Part shown: positions 8,783 through 19,182 of the stretch, one piece after another
Numbering within the stretch: position 1 is the first letter of the stretch
Layout of the letters: every line of letters begins with the position of its first letter
Assembly (NCBI GenBank): GCA_041619955.1
Contig: JBFKDA010000001.1
Coordinates: 7,307 to 71,306 of the forward strand
Direction of reading: 5' to 3'
DNA length: 64,000 nt
DNA from: Acidimicrobiia bacterium
GTDB lineage: Bacteria; Actinomycetota; Acidimicrobiia; Spongiisociales; JAOTWH01
The notes under the pieces: model-generated
The model's database searches: none
Told to the model about the DNA's origin: nothing
Seen by the model: the letters and a program-made list of their open reading frames with translations, nothing else
Made by a program: the position numbers and the translations under genes

Positions 8783-10072
8783 CTAGGGGAAGATGCCGCG
8801 GGCCAGCTTGGCGAGGGAGACGCGCCGGATGCCCTTGATCAGCGCGGCGGTGCGCATGTCGACGCCGTCCGAGATCGAGATGTCCAGCACCTCGCTGAAC
8901 GCCCGGCTCATGATCTCCCGCAGCCGCCCGACGATCTCGGACTCCGACCAGAAGTAGTTCTGGAGGTCCTGCACCCACTCGAAGTACGACACGGTGACCC
9001 CGCCGGCGTTGCCCAGCACGTCCGGGACGATGAACACCTTGGCGTCGCCGAGGATCGCATCGGCGTCGCCGGTGGTGGGGCCGTTGGCGCCCTCCATGAC
9101 GATCTTGGCCTTGACCTTCTCCGCGTTGTCGCTGGTGATGACGCCGCCGACGGCGCACGGCGCCAGGACGTCGCAGTCGAGCTCGAACAGCTCGGCGTTG
9201 GTGATCGGGTCGGCGTTCGGGTAGCCCTCCAACAGGTCGTTGCGGTCGGTCCAGTCCATCACCGCCGGCACGTCCAGGCCCGCCTCGTCGTAAATCCCGC
9301 CCGAGACGTCCGACACCGCGAGCACCTTGCAGCCGAGCTGCTGCGCGGCGAGGGCTGCGTACCTGCCGACGTTGCCGAAGCCGTGCACCACCACCCGGGC
9401 GCCGTCGAGCTTCAGCCCCACGTGGTTGGCCGCAGCCGGAAGCAGGCTCATCAGCCCTCGGCCGGTCGCCTCGCGGCGCGCCACCGACCCGCCCAGCGCC
9501 GGCGGCTTGCCGGTGACCACGGCCGGCTCGGTGTGGCCGACATGGCTCGAGTAGGTGTCCATGATCCACGACATCACCTGCTCGTTGGTGCCCATGTCGG
9601 GCGCCGGGATGTCGTTGTCGGGCCCGATGAAGTTGATGATCTCCATCGTGTACCGGCGGGTGACCCGCTGCATCTCGGCTCGCGACAGGCTACGGGGGTC
9701 GACGCGCACGCCGCCCTTGGCTCCCCCGAACGGCAGCCCGACGATCGCGCACTTCCACGTCATCAGCATCGCCAGGGCCGCCACCTCTCCGAGGTTGACG
9801 TCGGCCGCAAACCGGATCCCGCCCTTGGTCGGCCCCATCGTCAGCAGGTGCTGCACCCGGTAGCCGAACACCGTGTCGACCTCGGTGTAGTCGTCGCGAC
9901 GGAACGGGAACGTCACCACCAGCGACCGCTGCGGAGTGCGGAGCCGCTCGCGGATGTTCGGGTCCAGGTTGATGCGCTCGGCGACTCGCTCGAATTGCGC
10001 GAGAGCCTCGCGGTAGAGGGGCGATTCCCACTCCAGCAGCTGGCCCTCGGAGATAGCGACGCTCATGGCCAC
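8783..10072 (-). CDS. gdhA: NAD(P)-specific glutamate dehydrogenase
   Basis: Glu/Leu/Phe/Val dehydrogenase signatures LPFGGAKGG, GFGNVG and a full-length 429-aa match. Confidence 0.95.
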   Translation of the reverse strand: MAMSVAISEGQLLEWESPLYREALAQFERVAERINLDPNIRERLRTPQRSLVVTFPFRRDDYTEVDTVFGYRVQHLLTMGPTKGGIRFAADVNLGEVAALAMLMTWKCAIVGLPFGGAKGGVRVDPRSLSRAEMQRVTRRYTMEIINFIGPDNDIPAPDMGTNEQVMSWIMDTYSSHVGHTEPAVVTGKPPALGGSVARREATGRGLMSLLPAAANHVGLKLDGARVVVHGFGNVGRYAALAAQQLGCKVLAVSDVSGGIYDEAGLDVPAVMDWTDRNDLLEGYPNADPITNAELFELDCDVLAPCAVGGVITSDNAEKVKAKIVMEGANGPTTGDADAILGDAKVFIVPDVLGNAGGVTVSYFEWVQDLQNYFWSESEIVGRLREIMSRAFSEVLDISISDGVDMRTAALIKGIRRVSLAKLARGIFP

Positions 10073-10146
10073 CGTTCTTGCTCGCGGTCGGCGCGAGGCT
10101 ACTTGGAATGCCGCCGAGGCACCACGACCGACCTACATTGCGCCCC

Positions 10147-10632
10147 GTGGAACCTCCCGTCATCTACACGATCGGCCACGGCGACGCGTCGTTCACCGCG
10201 ATCGCTGCCCTGCTGGAGCGCCACCTCGTCCAGACGCTGGTCGACGTGCGCTCGCAGCCGTACTCCCGCCACGCCCCCGACTTCAACAAGGGACCGCTCG
10301 CCGACCTGGCGGCGGCGGCCGGCCTCGGGTACCGCTGGATGGGCGACCGCCTCGGCGGGCGGCCGACCGATCCCGACCTGCTGGACCCGGCCGGCGCGCC
10401 CGACTGGCTCCGGGTGGCGGAGTCGCCGTCCTATCGGGGCGCGATCGCCGAGCTCATCGAGCTGGGGCGCGGCGGCCGCACCGCGATCCTGTGCGCCGAG
10501 CGCGATCCGCGTCACTGCCACCGGACGCTCCTGCTCGCGCCGACGCTGGCGGCGGCCGGGGCGAGTGTCTGCCACATCCTTTCCGACGGGGCGCTGGAGC
10601 CGCACCATCCCACGCTGTTCGGCCCCGCCTGA
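10147..10632 (+). CDS. DUF488 family protein
   Basis: VIYTIGHG N-terminus is typical of DUF488. GTG start 7 nt after a TACATT -10-like hexamer (possibly leaderless). The ORF-track start at 10078 would overlap gdhA. Confidence 0.7.
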   Translation: MEPPVIYTIGHGDASFTAIAALLERHLVQTLVDVRSQPYSRHAPDFNKGPLADLAAAAGLGYRWMGDRLGGRPTDPDLLDPAGAPDWLRVAESPSYRGAIAELIELGRGGRTAILCAERDPRHCHRTLLLAPTLAAAGASVCHILSDGALEPHHPTLFGPA

Positions 10633-10665
10633 TTCGCGTCACACCCCGGCGATAACGTCACGGGC

Positions 10666-13644
10666 ATGAACGGCGACTGGCGGGTGACGCCTGCGACGTG
10701 GGACGAGGCGGTGGCCGCCACCTCCGGGCCCCAGCTCGTGGTGGGCGGCCCGGGCACCGGCAAGACCGAGTTCCTGGTGCGCCGGGCGCTGCACCTCGTC
10801 GCCGAGGAGCGCGTGCGCCCCGAGGAACTGGTGGTGCTCAGCTTCTCGCGACGGAGCGCGGCCGACCTGCGCGCCCGCATCGAACGAGGCCTGGCCCGGT
10901 CGTTCACCGTCGTGCCCGCGTCGACGTTCCACTCGCTGGCCTTCCGGCTGCTCGAGGCCGAGGCGCCGGCCGTGCTCGGCTGGGAGCGGATGCCCACGCT
11001 GCTCACCGGGCCCGAGCACGTCGCGCTGGTCGCCGAGCTGCTCGCCGAGGAGGACCCCGGCGCATGGCCCCTCCCGCAGCGCGACCTGCTGCCGACCACC
11101 ACCTTCGCGATGGAGATCCGCGACTTCATGCTGCGCTGCCAGGAGCAGCTCGTCGGGCCCGGCGAGCTGGCCGCCCGGGCCGACGAGCGAGCCGACTGGC
11201 GTGCCCTGCCCGGCTTCGTCGCCCGCTACCTCGCAGAGCTACGCGCCCGCGGCCGCATCGACTACGGCACCCTCCAGGCCGAGGCCGTGCACCTGCTCGA
11301 CCATCCCGGCGTGCTGGCGCGGGTGACGGAGCGCTGCAGCCACATCGTGGTCGACGAGTACCAGGACACGACGGTGGCGCAAGCAGCCCTGCTGCAGCGC
11401 CTGTACCGCCCGCACCGCAACCTCACGGTGGCTGGCGACCCGTACCAGTCGATCTACAGCTTCCGGGGAGCCGAGCTCGGCAACGTCGCCGCCTTCCCGC
11501 AGGCGTTCCCCGCCGCGACGGGCGAGCCGGCCCGGCGCCTGGTGCTGACCACGTCGTTCCGCGTGCCGGCGGCCGTCCTCGACGCAGCGGTGCGGGTCAC
11601 CGAGAGCGGCGACCTGCCGGGCGCCGCCGGTCCGGTCGCCCCGGCGGCCGGGGCGGGATCGGTCGAGACGTACGTGTTCGACCAGCAGAGCCACGAGGCG
11701 GAGTGGATCGCATCCGAGCTGCAGCGCACCCACCTGCTCGACGGCACCCCGTACCGGCGCATGGCGGTGCTGGTGCGCACCAAGCGGCGCCTGCTCCCGG
11801 AGCTGTCGCGGGCGCTCGAGCGGCGCCGCATCCCCCACGACCGGCCGGATGCCCGCCTCGCCGACCACCGCGCCGTCCGGATGATGCTGGACGTGGTGAT
11901 CGCGGCGACCGAGGACGGCGACGAGCGCCACCGCGCGCTGCGGCGGCTGCTGCTGGGTCCCTTGTTCGCGCTCCCGCTCGGGCAGGTGCGCCAGGCCGAG
12001 CGGCAGGTCGCAGCCGGCTCCTCCTGGAACGACGTGCTGGCCGAGCTGGCGGGCGGCGAGGTAGTCGCCGGCCTGCTCACCGACCCGGCGTGGGCTCGCG
12101 AGCGCCCGGCGGCGGACGGCTTCTGGACGCTGTGGACCACGCTGCCCCACCTCCCCGACCTCGTCGCCGACCCGGCCCATGCGGAGGACCGGGCTGCCTG
12201 GAGCTCGCTGTCGCAGGCGCTCGGCCGGCTGCGGGAGCGCGACCCGGCCGCCACGCTGGAGGGCTACCTCCGGCTGACCGAGGAGGAGGAATTCGAGGCG
12301 ACGCCGCTGCTCGGGTTCCGCCCCCCGGATGAGGACCGGCTGACCCTCACCACCCTCCACCAGGCCAAGGGCCTGGAGTTCGACTTCGTGGTCATCGCCG
12401 ATGCCGTGGAGGGGTCGTTCCCCGATCTCCGGCCACGCGAGTCGCTGCTCGGCGCCCGCCACCTGTCCCCGTCGCAGCCGGCAGGAGCGGCAGAGTATGC
12501 GCGGTTCCGCCTGCAGGAGGAGATGCGCCTCGCCTACACGGCCATGAGCCGCTCACGGCGGCGGGTCGTGTGGACCGCGACCGCCGCCGGGGTCGACCAG
12601 GGCGAGGGGGCGCCGAGCCGGTTCCTGGCCCTGGTCGCGGGCACGACCACGGTGGCGGAGGCGGCCCGCACCCCGGCCGAGCCCGATCGCCAGGTCGTCA
12701 CGCCGCTGGAGGCGGAGGCCTACGTGCGCCGCCGGTTGCGCGACCCGGCCGCCGGCGAAGCTGCCCGGTTGGCGGCGCTGTGGGCGCTCGGCGAGTGGGC
12801 CCGGTGGCGGCTGCGATGGCCTGGCGCGTACCGTGGCTCCCGGGAGCGAGGCCCCGACGGCGGCCTCGTCGGCCCCGACCACACGCTGTCCCCCAGCCAG
12901 GTGCAGGCGTACGTGACCTGTCCCCGCCGGTACGCCCTCGAGCGCCGCCTGCACGTCGGTGACCGGCCGACCGTGTACAGCTCGTTCGGCACGACCATCC
13001 ACGACGTCCTGGAGGCGGCCGAGCGGGCCGCGCTCGACCGCGGCGCCGACCGGTCGGACCTGGCCGATGCGCTGGCGGCGCTCGACGAGCGCTGGCAGCC
13101 CGCCGACTACGGGGGCGGTGCCTGGGCGGCGGGTTGGCGGGCCCATGCCGAGCGCACGCTGCGGCACCTCTATGCGAACTGGCCGGGGAAGGGCCGGCCG
13201 GTGGCCCTGGAGCACCCGCTCGACCACGAGCTCGACGGCGTGCGCTGGGTGGGCAGGGCCGACCGCATCGAAGTCGACGGGAAGGGGCGTATCACGGTCG
13301 TCGACTACAAGACCTCGAAGAGCCCCGCGACCAGCGAGGAGGCGGCGGCGTCGATCCAGCTCGCGTTCTACCTCATCGCCGCGGCGGCGGACCCGGAGAT
13401 CACGGCGGCCGGGCGGCCGGCGGCCGCCGAGTTCTGGTACCCCGCCACCTACAAGCTGCGGTCGGTCGCCACCCGCAGCCTCGACGTCCGGCGGCTCGAC
13501 GAGGTGCTGGCCGTCATGCATGACGCGGCGGCGGGCATCGCCGCGGAGCGATGGGACGCACGGCCGGGCCCGGGCTGCGAGTCGTGCCGGGTGCGGCTCG
13601 TGTGCCCGGCGTGGCCCGAGGGGCGGGAGGCGTACGTCGCATGA
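10666..13644 (+). CDS. adnA: AdnA-like subunit of heterodimeric helicase-nuclease (UvrD-like SF1 motor + C-terminal RecB-type nuclease with Cys cluster)
   Basis: Walker A GGPGTGKT, VVDEYQDT, UvrD-like motifs. C-terminal VTCPRRY, VVDYKTSK and CESCRVRLVCP. Its stop overlaps the adnB start (ATGA). Confidence 0.8.
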   Translation: MNGDWRVTPATWDEAVAATSGPQLVVGGPGTGKTEFLVRRALHLVAEERVRPEELVVLSFSRRSAADLRARIERGLARSFTVVPASTFHSLAFRLLEAEAPAVLGWERMPTLLTGPEHVALVAELLAEEDPGAWPLPQRDLLPTTTFAMEIRDFMLRCQEQLVGPGELAARADERADWRALPGFVARYLAELRARGRIDYGTLQAEAVHLLDHPGVLARVTERCSHIVVDEYQDTTVAQAALLQRLYRPHRNLTVAGDPYQSIYSFRGAELGNVAAFPQAFPAATGEPARRLVLTTSFRVPAAVLDAAVRVTESGDLPGAAGPVAPAAGAGSVETYVFDQQSHEAEWIASELQRTHLLDGTPYRRMAVLVRTKRRLLPELSRALERRRIPHDRPDARLADHRAVRMMLDVVIAATEDGDERHRALRRLLLGPLFALPLGQVRQAERQVAAGSSWNDVLAELAGGEVVAGLLTDPAWARERPAADGFWTLWTTLPHLPDLVADPAHAEDRAAWSSLSQALGRLRERDPAATLEGYLRLTEEEEFEATPLLGFRPPDEDRLTLTTLHQAKGLEFDFVVIADAVEGSFPDLRPRESLLGARHLSPSQPAGAAEYARFRLQEEMRLAYTAMSRSRRRVVWTATAAGVDQGEGAPSRFLALVAGTTTVAEAARTPAEPDRQVVTPLEAEAYVRRRLRDPAAGEAARLAALWALGEWARWRLRWPGAYRGSRERGPDGGLVGPDHTLSPSQVQAYVTCPRRYALERRLHVGDRPTVYSSFGTTIHDVLEAAERAALDRGADRSDLADALAALDERWQPADYGGGAWAAGWRAHAERTLRHLYANWPGKGRPVALEHPLDHELDGVRWVGRADRIEVDGKGRITVVDYKTSKSPATSEEAAASIQLAFYLIAAAADPEITAAGRPAAAEFWYPATYKLRSVATRSLDVRRLDEVLAVMHDAAAGIAAERWDARPGPGCESCRVRLVCPAWPEGREAYVA

Positions 13645-16600
13645 CCGGCGCGCCGCGGCTGGTGCCGACTCCCGAGCAGCAGGACGTGATCGACCACCCG
13701 CTCGAGCCGCTGCGGGTCGCGGCCGGGGCCGGCACCGGTAAGACCACCACGATGGCGCTCCGGCTGGCGCGGCTGGTACGCGAGGCGGGCGTGGCCCCGG
13801 AGAGCGCGCTCGGCATCACGTTCACGAACAAGGCCGCCGCCGAGCTGGCCGATGCCATCCGCCTCCGACTCCCCGGCCTCGCTGCGGAGGGGCGGGAGGT
13901 GCAGGTCGCGACGTATCACGGCTTCGCATACGACCTGCTCCGCGAGTTCGGCGCTGCGGTCGGCGTCGAGCGGTCGGTGCAGGTGATCACGCCCGGCTAC
14001 TCCCGCCAGCTGCTCCGCGACGCGCTCGCGGCCGGCACGTACGACGCGCTCGACCTGACGTGGGCGCCGGGCCGGGTCGCCGAACTGGCCGGGCTGGCGG
14101 GGCGGCTCGGCGACCACCTGCGCACACCGGCCGACCTGCTGGCCGGGCCTGCGCCGGATCCAGGTGACGACGTGGAGGCGAGGCGCCGGGAGCTGGCGCG
14201 CGCGCTCGTCCGGTACCAGGACATCAAGGCCCGCATCGGCGGCGTCGACTACCCGGACCTCATCCGGCTCGCCCACCAACTCGTGACCGGCCGGCCCGAG
14301 ATCGCCGGCCTGGTCCGCGCCCGCTACCGGGTGGTCATCCTCGACGAGTACCAGGACACCAACCCCGCGCAACGCGAGCTGCTGCTGCGCATCTTCGGCA
14401 ACGGGTTCCCGGTGACCGCGGTCGGCGATCCCGACCAGACGATCTACGAGTGGCGGGGCGCGTCGCTCGACAACTTCGCAGCGTTCCCGCGTCACTTCCA
14501 CGGGCCGGACGGGGCGCCGGCGCCGACCCGACGGCTGCTGCTCAACCGCCGCTCCGGCGTGGCGATCGTGGCCGCCGCCAACGAGGTCCGCCGCCGGATC
14601 ACCGGCGCAGCCGACGATCCGGACGACGCAACCGCCGATGGCCTGACGCCCGCGCCCGGAGCGTCGCCGGGGGCGGTCACCGTGGGGTGGTTCCCCACCG
14701 CGCTCGCCGAGGCCAACTGGGTGGCGTCCGAGGTGCGGCGCCTCCACGACGACGAGGGCGTCGCCTGGCGCGACGTGGCCGTGCTCTTCCGCAAGAACCA
14801 GCAGATCGGGCTGGTGCGGGAGGCACTCGAGGCGGAGGGGATTCCGGTCGAGGTCGCGGCACTCGGCGGCCTGCTCGGCATCCCCGAGGTCGCCGACCTG
14901 CACGCCTGGCTCCGCATCCTGGGCAGGCCCGACGACGGGCCGGCGCTGGTCCGGATCATCGTCGGCAGCGCGTTCCGGCTGGGCCTCGGCGACCTGGCGC
15001 CGCTCGCCCGCTGGGTGAGGGAGCGCAGCCGCGACCGGCCCGACGACGACGAGCACGTCCCGGAGTGGACGATGCTCGAGGCCATCGAGCACCTCGGCGA
15101 GTGCGACGGCGTCCGCCCCGGCGCGGCCGGGCGCCTCGGGGAGTTCATCGGGCTCTACCGCCAACTCCTCGCCCACGCCCAAGGCGACAGCCTCGTGGAG
15201 CTGTGCCGCCGCATCCTCGATCGGACCGGCGCGTGGCCGGAGGTCGAGGCGCTCGACGACGCAGCGCGCCTCTCGGCGAGGCTGAACCTCTACCGGTTCC
15301 TCGATCTCGCCGAGGAGTGGAGCCCGCTCGAGGGGCGGCCGTCGCTCGACGCGTTCCTGGACTACCTCGACCTGCTCGCCGAGGATCGTGGCGCCGAGGA
15401 GCTCGACACCGCGCGCCTGGGCGGCGCCGACGCGGTCGCGCTGCTCACCGTCCATCGCGCCAAGGGTCTGGAGTGGCCGGTGGTGTTCCTGCCGGCCCTG
15501 TGTACCGGCACGTTCCCCGCCGCGTCGCGCGGCTTCCCCGACCCGTTGCGGTTCCCCCAGTACCCGCCGCACGAGCTGCGCCTCGACGCTCAAGCTGTCG
15601 GCCCGCTCCCCTCCGACCACGGCGAGCGCATGGCCCTGCTGCGCGCCGGGCACGACGCGCAGGAGTGGCGCACCGCGTACGTCGCCGTGACGCGGGCCAA
15701 GGAGCGCCTGGTCGGCACGGGTGCGTTCTGGTACACCGACCGCCAGCCGAAACAGCGCAGCGAGCTCTACGAGCTGCTCGCCGCCATGCCGGCGACGCTG
15801 GTGGCCGCCGACGCGGCCGATCCCGGCGACGCGCCCCCGCCGCCGCGGGTGATCGACCTGACCGAGACCGCCCCGGACCCGCACTTCGGGCCCGGCGGCT
15901 GGCACGAGGCGCTGCGCGCCGAGTTGGCCGCTCCCGGGTGGGCGACCGGGGAGGCCACGCGCCGGGGCCGGGCCGAGCCGTACCATGCCCAGGTGGACCA
16001 GCTCCGCATCATGCTGGAGGGCCTTCCCGACGTGCCCGACGCCGCCGGCAGCTCCGAGGGCGCGTTCGCCACCTCGGTCACGGGGCTGGTGACCTACGCG
16101 CAGTGCCCGCTGCGCTTCCGCTGGAGCGAGGTCGACCGGCTGCCGCGGCGCCCCTCGGCGGCGGCGCGGCGCGGCGTCGAGGTCCACCGCCGGATCGAGC
16201 TCCACAACCGCGGGAACCTGGCCCTCGACGAAGCCGACCCCGGGTTCTACGACACCGCGCCAGGCGAGGGCACCGGCAGCCGGGCGGCGGCCGCCGCGGC
16301 ATACGACGCATTCCTCGCTTCGCGGTTCGCCGACGTGCGGCCTCGCTTGGTTGAAGCGCCGTTCGACCTGGCGCTGGCATCCGGGCGCGTCAGGGGGCGG
16401 ATCGACGCCGTCTACGAGCCCGAGCCGGGCAGCTGGGAGATCGTCGACTTCAAGAGCGGGTCGCCGCGGGCCGGCGCCGCGGCCCGCGTCCAGCTCGAGG
16501 CGTACGCGGTGGCGGCCACCGATGCCGGCTTCGCCGCGACGACCCCGGAGCGGCTCGCGGTGACGTTCGCCTACCTCGGCGATGGGCCGGTGGAGATCAC

Positions 16601-16871
16601 CGAGGAGGTCGACGCCGGCTGGCTCGAGGCGGCGCGCGATCACCTCGACGCGCTCGTCGCCGGCGCCGCGGCCGGCGACTTCCCGGCGGCGCCCTCACCC
16701 GAATGCGCCCGGTGCGACTTCCTCCGATTCTGCGCGGACGGGCAGGCATGGCTCGCGGCGCACGGGGAGGGGCCCCCGGGGCAGGCGGTGGGGACAACCG
16801 TTGCGGCGTCGCCGCCGGAGGGCGCCGCGACGCCTGCCGATGGCGCAACGCCGCCGGGGTTGGGGCCCTGA
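13641..16871 (+). CDS. adnB: AdnB-like subunit of heterodimeric helicase-nuclease (UvrD-like motor + RecB-type nuclease with Fe-S cysteines)
   Basis: GAGTGKTT Walker A, ILDEYQDT, TVHRAKGLEW. C-terminal AQCPLRFRW, IVDFKSG and CARCDFLRFC. 1076 aa from the ATG at 13641. Confidence 0.8.
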   Translation: MTGAPRLVPTPEQQDVIDHPLEPLRVAAGAGTGKTTTMALRLARLVREAGVAPESALGITFTNKAAAELADAIRLRLPGLAAEGREVQVATYHGFAYDLLREFGAAVGVERSVQVITPGYSRQLLRDALAAGTYDALDLTWAPGRVAELAGLAGRLGDHLRTPADLLAGPAPDPGDDVEARRRELARALVRYQDIKARIGGVDYPDLIRLAHQLVTGRPEIAGLVRARYRVVILDEYQDTNPAQRELLLRIFGNGFPVTAVGDPDQTIYEWRGASLDNFAAFPRHFHGPDGAPAPTRRLLLNRRSGVAIVAAANEVRRRITGAADDPDDATADGLTPAPGASPGAVTVGWFPTALAEANWVASEVRRLHDDEGVAWRDVAVLFRKNQQIGLVREALEAEGIPVEVAALGGLLGIPEVADLHAWLRILGRPDDGPALVRIIVGSAFRLGLGDLAPLARWVRERSRDRPDDDEHVPEWTMLEAIEHLGECDGVRPGAAGRLGEFIGLYRQLLAHAQGDSLVELCRRILDRTGAWPEVEALDDAARLSARLNLYRFLDLAEEWSPLEGRPSLDAFLDYLDLLAEDRGAEELDTARLGGADAVALLTVHRAKGLEWPVVFLPALCTGTFPAASRGFPDPLRFPQYPPHELRLDAQAVGPLPSDHGERMALLRAGHDAQEWRTAYVAVTRAKERLVGTGAFWYTDRQPKQRSELYELLAAMPATLVAADAADPGDAPPPPRVIDLTETAPDPHFGPGGWHEALRAELAAPGWATGEATRRGRAEPYHAQVDQLRIMLEGLPDVPDAAGSSEGAFATSVTGLVTYAQCPLRFRWSEVDRLPRRPSAAARRGVEVHRRIELHNRGNLALDEADPGFYDTAPGEGTGSRAAAAAAYDAFLASRFADVRPRLVEAPFDLALASGRVRGRIDAVYEPEPGSWEIVDFKSGSPRAGAAARVQLEAYAVAATDAGFAATTPERLAVTFAYLGDGPVEITEEVDAGWLEAARDHLDALVAGAAAGDFPAAPSPECARCDFLRFCADGQAWLAAHGEGPPGQAVGTTVAASPPEGAATPADGATPPGLGP

Positions 16872-16876
16872 GCGGG

Positions 16877-17500
16877 GTGGCAGTGGCGCTCGCCGCGCTC
16901 GCCGGCTACCTGGCGGGCAGCCTGCCGTCGGCCGACTGGGTCGGCCGGGTGGTCGGGCTGGACCTGCGGCGGTCGGGCACCCGCAACCCGGGCACCGCCA
17001 ACGCGATCGGGCTGGGCGGTTTCCGTGTGGGGCTGGTGGTGCTGGCGATCGACTTCGCGAAGGGGGCGGCGGCGGTGGGGGCGGGCCGGCTCCTGGCGGG
17101 CGACGGCGGCGGCTTGGTGGCAGGCGTGGCCGCCGTCGCCGCGCAGATCGCCAACCCGTGGTACGGCTTCCGGGGCGGCAAGGGCCTCGGCGTCACCGGC
17201 GGCGTGGCGTTGGCCGGGTGGCCCGTGGCGTTCCCGGTGCTCGCGCCGCTCCTCGTCCTCGCCAGCAGGGTGCTGCGGTCGTCGGCGCGCGGGGTGGTGG
17301 CAACGCTGGTGGCGATGGTCCCCGTCGCCGCCGCCTGGGCGGTGGCGGGCTGGCCGACGTGGTGGGGGGTGCGTCCGGGCCCGGGCCTCGTGTGGTTCGC
17401 CGCAGCGCTGGCTGCGCTGCTCGCCCCGAAGTTCGTGCGAGACGCCGTCCGGGAGGGCCGCACTCGATCCCCCCGGACCGATCCCGCCCGGCGAAGCTAG
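16877..17500 (+). CDS. plsY: Glycerol-3-phosphate acyltransferase PlsY
   Basis: AGYLAGSLPSADWVGRVVGLDLRRSGTRNPGTANA matches the PlsY GSGNxGATN region. Multi-TM. Starts 6 nt after the adnB stop. Confidence 0.85.
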   Translation: MAVALAALAGYLAGSLPSADWVGRVVGLDLRRSGTRNPGTANAIGLGGFRVGLVVLAIDFAKGAAAVGAGRLLAGDGGGLVAGVAAVAAQIANPWYGFRGGKGLGVTGGVALAGWPVAFPVLAPLLVLASRVLRSSARGVVATLVAMVPVAAAWAVAGWPTWWGVRPGPGLVWFAAALAALLAPKFVRDAVREGRTRSPRTDPARRS

Positions 17501-17511
17501 GCTCGCTGGTG

Positions 17512-18150
17512 ATGCCGATGCTGAGCCTGTGGAGCGACATGCTGGATCCCTGGGCGTACGTCGCGACGCTTCGGATTCACCGGGCCCGCGACCGGCTCCG
17601 CGCCGACGACCTCGAGATCGACTTGCGGGCGTGGCCGGCCGAGCTCGCCGGGGGCGACCCTCCCGACGAGCACCAGGTCCGATCGGACGTCGGCGCACTG
17701 GCACAACTCGAATCCGCGCTCTTCTCGCAGTACGCCGCGCCGGTGTGGCCGCGCTCCTGCCTCCCGGCCCACGAGGCCCAGAAGTGGGCGCTGGAGATCG
17801 GCCAGGACGTCGGGGAGCAGTTCGACATGGCGCTGCGGAGGGCGTTCTTCCTCCACGGCCACAACCTCGAGGAGATCGCGGACCTCGCCGCCGTCGCCCG
17901 GCTGGAGGGCCTCGACGGCGACGACCTGATCGCCGCGCTGGAGTCCGGCAAGTACCGGGCGGCCGTCCAGGCCGACGTCGACGCCGGGCACGACGCAGGG
18001 GTCGAAGGCTCGCCGACCGTGGTGCTGGCCGACGGCACCCTGCATCACAACCCGGGCATCGACGTGCGCCGGGTGCGCGGGCTGGCGATCGTCGCCAGCG
18101 ACCACCCGTCGGTGTACGAGGAGATCGTCCGGGTCGCCGCCATCGACTGA
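17512..18150 (+). CDS. DsbA/FrnE-like thioredoxin-fold protein lacking the CxxC active site
   Basis: DsbA-like layout (LWSDMLDPWAY in place of the CPWC motif, and a C-terminal EGSPTVVL). Both catalytic cysteines are replaced. Confidence 0.7.
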   Translation: MPMLSLWSDMLDPWAYVATLRIHRARDRLRADDLEIDLRAWPAELAGGDPPDEHQVRSDVGALAQLESALFSQYAAPVWPRSCLPAHEAQKWALEIGQDVGEQFDMALRRAFFLHGHNLEEIADLAAVARLEGLDGDDLIAALESGKYRAAVQADVDAGHDAGVEGSPTVVLADGTLHHNPGIDVRRVRGLAIVASDHPSVYEEIVRVAAID

Positions 18151-18158
18151 CCGGCCGC

Positions 18159-18614
18159 TCAGCTGACCCGGCCGCCGTCGACGTCGACGACGACCGTGAC
18201 CGGGCCGTCGTTGACCAGCCGCACCTGCATCGTGGCGCCGAAGCGGCCGACCGGGCACCGCACCCCGTGGCCCGCCACCCGCGCCGCCACCTCGGCGACC
18301 AGGGGCTCGGCGACCTCAGGGTCGGCGGCGCCGGTGAAGGAGGGACGGCGGCCGCGCCGCACGTCGGCGAGCAGCGTGAACTGGCTCACGACCAGCACCT
18401 CCCCGCCGGCCTCGGCGACGGACAGGTTCATCCTCCCCTGGGCGTCACCGAAGATGCGCAGGCCCACCAGCTTGTCTCCCAGCGCGTGCGCGTCGGCAGC
18501 GGTGTCGCCGGGCGCGACGCCCACGAGCACCGCCAGCCCCCGCCCGATCTCGGCGACCACCTCGTCGCCGACGTCCACCGCCGCGGAGGCCACCCGCTGC
18601 ACCACTGCCCGCAT
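18159..18614 (-). CDS. dtd: D-aminoacyl-tRNA deacylase
   Basis: MRAVVQRV N-terminus, SQFTL motif, 151 aa. Confidence 0.9.
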   Translation of the reverse strand: MRAVVQRVASAAVDVGDEVVAEIGRGLAVLVGVAPGDTAADAHALGDKLVGLRIFGDAQGRMNLSVAEAGGEVLVVSQFTLLADVRRGRRPSFTGAADPEVAEPLVAEVAARVAGHGVRCPVGRFGATMQVRLVNDGPVTVVVDVDGGRVS

Positions 18615-18705
18615 CGCGAGAACTTACCCCCGTCCTCACACCTCTCGTACCTGAGCGCCCGATGGTGGGGCCACGCACTGCAACGGAAACAACAGGAGGT
18701 GTCCC

Positions 18706-19182
18706 GTGCGTAAACGAATCCTGACAGTCCTCGCGCTGGCGGTGTCGCTGCTGATGGTGGCCGGTGTCGCCGTCGCCCAGGAGGCCGACACCGAGGCGAA
18801 CGGCACGGTGCTCCACGGCAAGGGCACGCTGGTCGCGAAGGGCAACGGCACCGCGATCCTCGACATGGGCGGCACGCTGCGCATGCGGGTCCGCGGCGAC
18901 GTGACCATCACCGACCTGGCAGGCAACGCCACGATCGTCGTCAACGACGGGCCCGACGCGCCGCTGAGCGACCGGGCTCACGACGGCGGCACCACGGTGG
19001 TTCTCGAGAACTTCAGCGGCTCGATCGCCGTGCGGGGCAGCCACTTCCGGGTCCGGGCGCACGGGGCGATGGAGTTCGCCGCCCGTGGCAAGGGCACGGC
19101 GTTCCTCGCCGGCCACGGCTGGTGGAAGACCCGCAACAACCGCGGCACCTGGTCGAAGCTGCGGGTGGCGTTCGAGTCCTGA
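18706..19182 (+). CDS. Secreted hypothetical protein (signal peptide)
   Basis: RBS AGGAGG 6 nt before the GTG. N-terminal signal MRKRILTVLALAVSLLMVAGVAVAQ. No recognisable domain. Confidence 0.7.
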   Translation: MRKRILTVLALAVSLLMVAGVAVAQEADTEANGTVLHGKGTLVAKGNGTAILDMGGTLRMRVRGDVTITDLAGNATIVVNDGPDAPLSDRAHDGGTTVVLENFSGSIAVRGSHFRVRAHGAMEFAARGKGTAFLAGHGWWKTRNNRGTWSKLRVAFES

